Shown here one piece after another: positions 28,580 through 32,000 of a DNA stretch of 32,000 bases (its first letter is position 1; each line of letters starts with the position of its first letter). The translations under genes and the position numbers were made by a program. Source of the stretch: Fastidiosibacter lacustris (GTDB lineage Bacteria; Pseudomonadota; Gammaproteobacteria; Francisellales; Francisellaceae); contig NZ_QLIR01000014.1 of the NCBI RefSeq assembly GCF_003428155.1, positions 1 through 32,000 on the forward strand. The letters run 5' to 3'. Under the pieces are notes generated by a model. That model ran no database searches and was not told the origin of the DNA. It worked only from the letters and a program-made list of their open reading frames with translations.

Positions 28580-29017
28580 ATGAATAATCTAAACCGTATA
28601 ACGCGGCGTTCGTATTCTCATACTGGTGTAGAAGTACAAAGCCCGCGCTATACAGTCACTCATGAACCAACTGATAAAACCAACGACATCAGTCAATGCA
28701 ATTGTATATCAATAGCCCCGTCTTGGTTTTGTGCTTTTAATCTGTTAAGCTTGCGAATGTTGGTCGTAGAAAGCCAGCAAAAACGTTCGGGCTTAGAAAC
28801 CCAGATACTACCAAAACGCGGAGCTTATCAAACCGTTAAACTTGATATTCAAACGATTATATCTCATTTATGGCTAGTTATAGCTTCATGGTTTCATATA
28901 ATCGGGTGGGCGCATCAATACAACACCTTTATGGGAATAATGCGCGCTGTTTCGTTTTGGGCAGTTTCTAACCACCCGATTTTTAAGGATAACCAAAACG
29001 GAGCTAAACCATGGTAG
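28580..29017 (+). CDS. doubtful 145-aa ORF overlapping structured element E2 (possible coupling ORF)
   Basis: ATG 28580 is 9 nt after AAGGAA, and the stop overlaps ATG 29011 (ATGGTAG). The composition is W/H/C/R-rich and atypical for this AT-rich genome. The 3' part is the E2 element. The track ORF starts at 28520. Confidence 0.25.
   Translation: MNNLNRITRRSYSHTGVEVQSPRYTVTHEPTDKTNDISQCNCISIAPSWFCAFNLLSLRMLVVESQQKRSGLETQILPKRGAYQTVKLDIQTIISHLWLVIASWFHIIGWAHQYNTFMGIMRAVSFWAVSNHPIFKDNQNGAKPW
28902..28979 (+). ncRNA. candidate structured RNA element E2 (paralog of E1)
   Basis: P1 is TCGGGTGG (28902-09) / CCACCCGA (28972-79). P2 is GCGCAT (28910-15) / ATGCGC (28940-45). P3 is GCTG (28946-49) / CAGT (28962-65). 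GTTTCGTTTTGG (28949-28960) pairs 12/12 (2 G-U) with CCAAAACGGAGC (28993-29004), the SD of ATG 29011. ATTTTT follows P1. Confidence 0.45.
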
Positions 29018-29598
29018 TAAAAACAATTATTTTCAATGACAAAAACATCACTATCCATTATATAAATGGTGATTACTATTTATCCATCGTTAAAATTATG
29101 GATGATTTAAACTTAGACTTTAACGACACCGTAAAAGCCTTAATGAAATCGTCATATTTACATATAACCGCCGATGACGTGACTATTAAATTATCTGAAT
29201 TAAACAACTGGCTTAATACGATGGATAAAAGCAAACTAGATAATGGTTCTTTACTTTTTTTAGCTGAGTATCAATCGTCATTACTGAATATTATTAAGCA
29301 TGAAATTAACCAACTATCACAAGCCTCTAAGCCAAAGCCTAAATATAATTTTCATATTTTCCAAGGTTCAGTAAGTACCAGAAAGCATAATGAATCAATT
29401 TATCTATCCGCAATGGATTTGTGTGAACATCTAGGAGTCAATAAAGAAGAAAATATCAATAGACTTATTAATGATGAAGATTTTAATGGCTTTTTACATT
29501 ACTCAATCAATGGCTTATATATCAGTGAAATAATTGCGCAATGGTGGATTGGCAAGCTTACTGGTACACATAATCAAGTAAAGGGGGTTAGGCTATGA
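29011..29598 (+). CDS. hypothetical protein; possible tandem KilA-N/Bro-N-like (antirepressor-type) DNA-binding folds
   Basis: 195 aa with GGAG 7 nt upstream. Two internally similar segments occur (IIFNDKNITIHYINGDYYLSIVKIMDDLNL... and HIFQGSVSTRKHNESIYLSAMDLCEHLGV...). They resemble the 'F..g..ir....g..w..a.d....lg' pattern of KilA-N/Bro-N domains. The functional call is tentative. Confidence 0.6.
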   Translation: MVVKTIIFNDKNITIHYINGDYYLSIVKIMDDLNLDFNDTVKALMKSSYLHITADDVTIKLSELNNWLNTMDKSKLDNGSLLFLAEYQSSLLNIIKHEINQLSQASKPKPKYNFHIFQGSVSTRKHNESIYLSAMDLCEHLGVNKEENINRLINDEDFNGFLHYSINGLYISEIIAQWWIGKLTGTHNQVKGVRL

Positions 29599-30500
29599 GG
29601 CTTGAAGAATATATGCTTAAATGCGGCTATACGCCCCCAAGTGTAATTAATCCAGATGGCTACAATCGATACCCCGCTCCAGACAAAGGAAAGGGTAATA
29701 AAGCAGGCTGGCTGATTGTTATTAGTGAAGAGTGTGCCGTTTTTGGTGATTGGGTGAGTCAAAGCAAATACGTATGGCATGCCAATATGGATAAGATGAG
29801 TCATACGGAAAGAACAGCAGCCTATGAGTGCGCTATACACCAGGCAGAAAGATTGAAGCTTGAGCTGCAACAGCAGCAAGAAGAAGTAGCACATCAATGC
29901 CAGTTCATTTTGAATAACTCAGAGAAGGCGCAAGATAGTCATGCTTATTTAGTCAAAAAAAGCGTTATTTCTTTTGGGCTTCATTGGGCTCCACACTTAC
30001 AAGGCGTGGATAATGCGTTAATTGTCCCTATTTATGGTTTTGATGATGGTGCCAATACATTACTGCAATCGCTGCAAATAATCTCGCCTCAAGGAGACAA
30101 ACGCTTTTTTAAGGGTGGACGAAAGAAGGCGGGATTCTATCCCTTGCAGGTAAGAGAAGGCAAAGATGTAAGGATATTAATTGCGGAGGGCTATGCAACA
30201 GCAGCAAGCTTGGCAATGGTTCAGCCAAACGATAGCGTTTATTGCGCTTTTGACGCGGGTAATTTAAAAGATGTTGCTTTATCCCTACGCAAGTACCACC
30301 CATTTAGTAAAATCGTTATATGCGCCGACAATGACCGCTTTAATGACAAAAACACCGGTGTGCTTGCTGCAAGAGACGCGGCTAACTCTGCCGATGCTGT
30401 TTGTATCGTCCCTAGGTTTGAAACGGAAGAAACAGGCACAGATTGGAATGATTGGCTAGTGCTAAGGGGATATATAGGAACAAAGGAGGTGCAATCATGA
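29595..30500 (+). CDS. Toprim-domain DNA primase (phage/plasmid primase-associated type, P4 alpha N-terminal-like)
   Basis: The N-terminus ...NKAGWLIVISEECAVFGDWVSQSKYVW matches the primase-associated domain pattern. Toprim motifs are ILIAEGYATAASL (catalytic Glu) and VICADNDRFND (DxD). The ATGA start overlaps the upstream stop. Confidence 0.8.
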   Translation: MRLEEYMLKCGYTPPSVINPDGYNRYPAPDKGKGNKAGWLIVISEECAVFGDWVSQSKYVWHANMDKMSHTERTAAYECAIHQAERLKLELQQQQEEVAHQCQFILNNSEKAQDSHAYLVKKSVISFGLHWAPHLQGVDNALIVPIYGFDDGANTLLQSLQIISPQGDKRFFKGGRKKAGFYPLQVREGKDVRILIAEGYATAASLAMVQPNDSVYCAFDAGNLKDVALSLRKYHPFSKIVICADNDRFNDKNTGVLAARDAANSADAVCIVPRFETEETGTDWNDWLVLRGYIGTKEVQS

Positions 30501-31471
30501 ACCAGTTTAATGAACAAAGCAATCAAGCCAGTGCAAGCGACCTTGTAACAAATGAGCTTAAAGAACAGGGGATAATAACGCCGCAAATTGTACCAATTAA
30601 ATACGGTGATTTTAAAAAACTAAACCTTAAAAGCGCGGAGTTCCTTTTATATCCAATCATTGAAGAACAGGGGTTAGCCATGATTTACGCTATGCGTGGG
30701 GTTGGCAAAACTCATGTAAGCTTAAATATTGCCTACGCCGTGGCAACGGGTGGAAGCTTTTTAAAATGGAAAGCCAGGCGCCCAGCTAAGGTCTTATTTA
30801 TTGATGGGGAAATGCCAGCATATGCACTGCATGAACGGTTAAAGGTAATTGACCAAGGTAGAGGGTTTGCAGATGACAATTTAAATATTATCACCCCCGA
30901 TTTGTTAAAGGATAAAATCCCGCCAGACTTGGCAACGTCTACAGGGTGGAAGGCTGTAGAAGCTGCTGTGAATGATGTGGATTTAATCATTGTTGATAAT
31001 ATCAGCACACTTTGCCGCAATGGTAGAGACAATGAGGCAGATAGCTGGATACCTGTTCAACATTGGGCACTTAAATGGCGTGCGCAAGGCAAAGCAATAT
31101 TATTTATCCATCACTCCAATAAAAACGGCGACCAAAGGGGAACTAGTAAAAAAGAGGATGTGCTTAGCACAGTTATAAAGCTAGAACATGAAGAAGGTTA
31201 TAGTGCAGAAGACGGCGCTGCCTTTAGGGTAAGCCATACCAAGTCAAGATTGTTTCATGGTGAGGACGCCAAACCGTTTAAAGCAGCACTAACAAGCAAT
31301 GGCTGGGTATATGAAGATTGCGAAGCAGGAATCAAAGAAGAGGTGTGGGCACTCCATAATGATGGGATGAAGCAAGTTGATATTGCCAGAGAGCTTGGGC
31401 TTGAAAAATATCAAGTGACCAGAATCATTCAAAAGCATAAAAAATGTGATGGAATTTTAAGGACCGTATAA
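30497..31471 (+). CDS. RecA-fold AAA ATPase / RepA-like replicative helicase with C-terminal HTH
   Basis: Walker A is MRGVGKTHVSLNIA and Walker B is LIIVDNIS. IHHSNKNGDQRGTSKKEDV is typical of the AAA_25/RepA-like family. The C-terminus has MKQVDIARELGLEKYQVTRIIQKH (HTH). ATG 30497 follows AGGAGG and overlaps the primase stop (ATGA). Confidence 0.8.
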   Translation: MNQFNEQSNQASASDLVTNELKEQGIITPQIVPIKYGDFKKLNLKSAEFLLYPIIEEQGLAMIYAMRGVGKTHVSLNIAYAVATGGSFLKWKARRPAKVLFIDGEMPAYALHERLKVIDQGRGFADDNLNIITPDLLKDKIPPDLATSTGWKAVEAAVNDVDLIIVDNISTLCRNGRDNEADSWIPVQHWALKWRAQGKAILFIHHSNKNGDQRGTSKKEDVLSTVIKLEHEEGYSAEDGAAFRVSHTKSRLFHGEDAKPFKAALTSNGWVYEDCEAGIKEEVWALHNDGMKQVDIARELGLEKYQVTRIIQKHKKCDGILRTV

Positions 31472-31544
31472 TGGAGTGTTTGATTAAATTATATGCTAAA
31501 TTTTGCCATGCTTTTTGTGAAATAATTAAAGTAACTTTCGCAAT

Positions 31545-31745
31545 AGTTGCAGAGTTGCAGTCCCTTAGGGCGTTGCAACTTGCAACTTTTCAAAAAAGCG
31601 TGCAACTTTTCTTGCAACTGTATCAGGTAAAAAACATGCCTGAAACCCTTATTTTAAAAGGAAGTTGCAACTGCAACTTTTATTGCAACGAACTGCAACT
31701 GAATGATATTTGTGCTGCAACTTTTAGGGGTAAAAAAGTTGCAGT
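31545..31745. repeat. iteron array: nine TGCAAC and three TGCAG cores (TGCAACTTTT x4; GTTGCAAC palindromes); putative island replication origin
   Basis: Cores start at 31548, 31556, 31574, 31581, 31601, 31613, 31666, 31672, 31684, 31694, 31716 and 31740. An A/T-rich centre lies at 31627-31660. The array is flanked by the 11-bp direct repeat ATTTTGCCATG (31500-31510 and 31779-31789). Confidence 0.65.
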
Positions 31746-31806
31746 AATATTTCAATAATATGATCGTAAAATCTACACATTTTGCCATGGTAGGAGTGAC
31801 AAAAAA

Positions 31807-32000
31807 ATGATTAAATCACACGTCAAAAATGACGAGCAAAAAAACATCAATTCTGGAGGTGAAATCCTCGGAGATGTATCCGAAAAAACAACACCAAAAA
31901 CACTGGTGGATTTAGTGCCATACGGAATAACTGTATTAGATGCTGCTTATGTTAAGCAACTGCTTGTTCATACCACTTGGTTTTCAAGGTATGAAGTTAT
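31807..32000 (+). CDS. 5' part of an unknown island gene (open to window end)
   Basis: ATG 31807 follows TAGGAG (31790-31795). 64 codons (MIKSHVKNDEQKNINSGGEILGDVSEKTTPKTLVDLVPYGITVLDAAYVKQLLVHTTWFSRYEV...) run without a stop to position 32000. It is absent from the ORF track because it is incomplete. Confidence 0.4.
   Translation, partial: MIKSHVKNDEQKNINSGGEILGDVSEKTTPKTLVDLVPYGITVLDAAYVKQLLVHTTWFSRYEV

Larger units (their letters stand above)
24498..32000 (+). mobile_element. P4/PICI-like integrative island inserted at the 3' end of tRNA-Leu(UAG); right end lies outside the window
   Basis: A tRNA-adjacent P4-type tyrosine integrase is followed by co-oriented alpA, a small wHTH gene, a Toprim primase, a RepA-like helicase and an iteron array. 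ATGA-type start/stop overlaps occur at 28278, 29595 and 30497 (also ATGGTAG at 29011), and alpA-wHTH are 2 nt apart. No attR copy of the tRNA 3' end is seen within the window. Confidence 0.75.

Noticed and set aside
28462-28979. Retron msr/msd or tRNA-like gene interpretation of the E1/E2 elements
   Set aside because: There is no reverse transcriptase gene in the window. The fold has no tRNA D- or T-loop signatures or anticodon geometry. The direct orientation and SD-complementary loops fit an antisense or leader RNA better. Single-strand initiation (ssi) sites for the adjacent primase remain a minor alternative.
31545-31745. Possible CRISPR array
   Set aside because: The repeats are only 6-10 bp, irregularly spaced and partly abutting. 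There are no uniform 28-37 bp repeats with unique spacers and no cas genes.
31471-31758. 95-aa ORF after the helicase gene
   Set aside because: It is made almost entirely of the TGCAAC iteron array, with TTGCAAC read as Leu-Gln and TGCAAC as Cys-Asn. It is interpreted as origin DNA, not a gene.

Overview
AT-rich (roughly 35-40% GC by eye) gammaproteobacterial chromosome; the gene content looks Legionellales- or Thiotrichales-like, but the taxon cannot be fixed from sequence alone. Positions 1-24000 are ordinary core genome: a large secreted protein, a frameshifted RNase II-family gene, several transporters (MFS, EamA, POT, LysP-like, AmpG, TehA/TDT), ydfG-like SDR, trpC, rlmH-yaaA, glpX, a LysR regulator, cytochrome b561, tsaC, hslVU and folA. 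A five-gene tRNA operon (Phe-Pro-Arg-His-Leu) lies at 24045-24497. A P4/PICI-like integrative island starts directly after tRNA-Leu(UAG) and runs past the window end. It carries, all on the + strand: a P4-type integrase, a ParD-like antitoxin with a decayed RelE/ParE toxin, a 354-aa orphan protein, AlpA, a small wHTH protein, a KilA/Bro-like protein, a Toprim primase, a RepA-like AAA+ helicase and an iteron array. The most interesting signal is at 28262-29017 inside the island operon. Two tandem ~80-nt elements share a three-way-junction fold supported by compensatory base changes. Each has a loop complementary to flanking Shine-Dalgarno regions, and loop and target co-vary between the two copies. 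This matches the logic of antisense-RNA immunity in P1 (c4) and P4 (CI), here duplicated with two specificities. All functional calls rest on motif recognition by eye; no database search was run.
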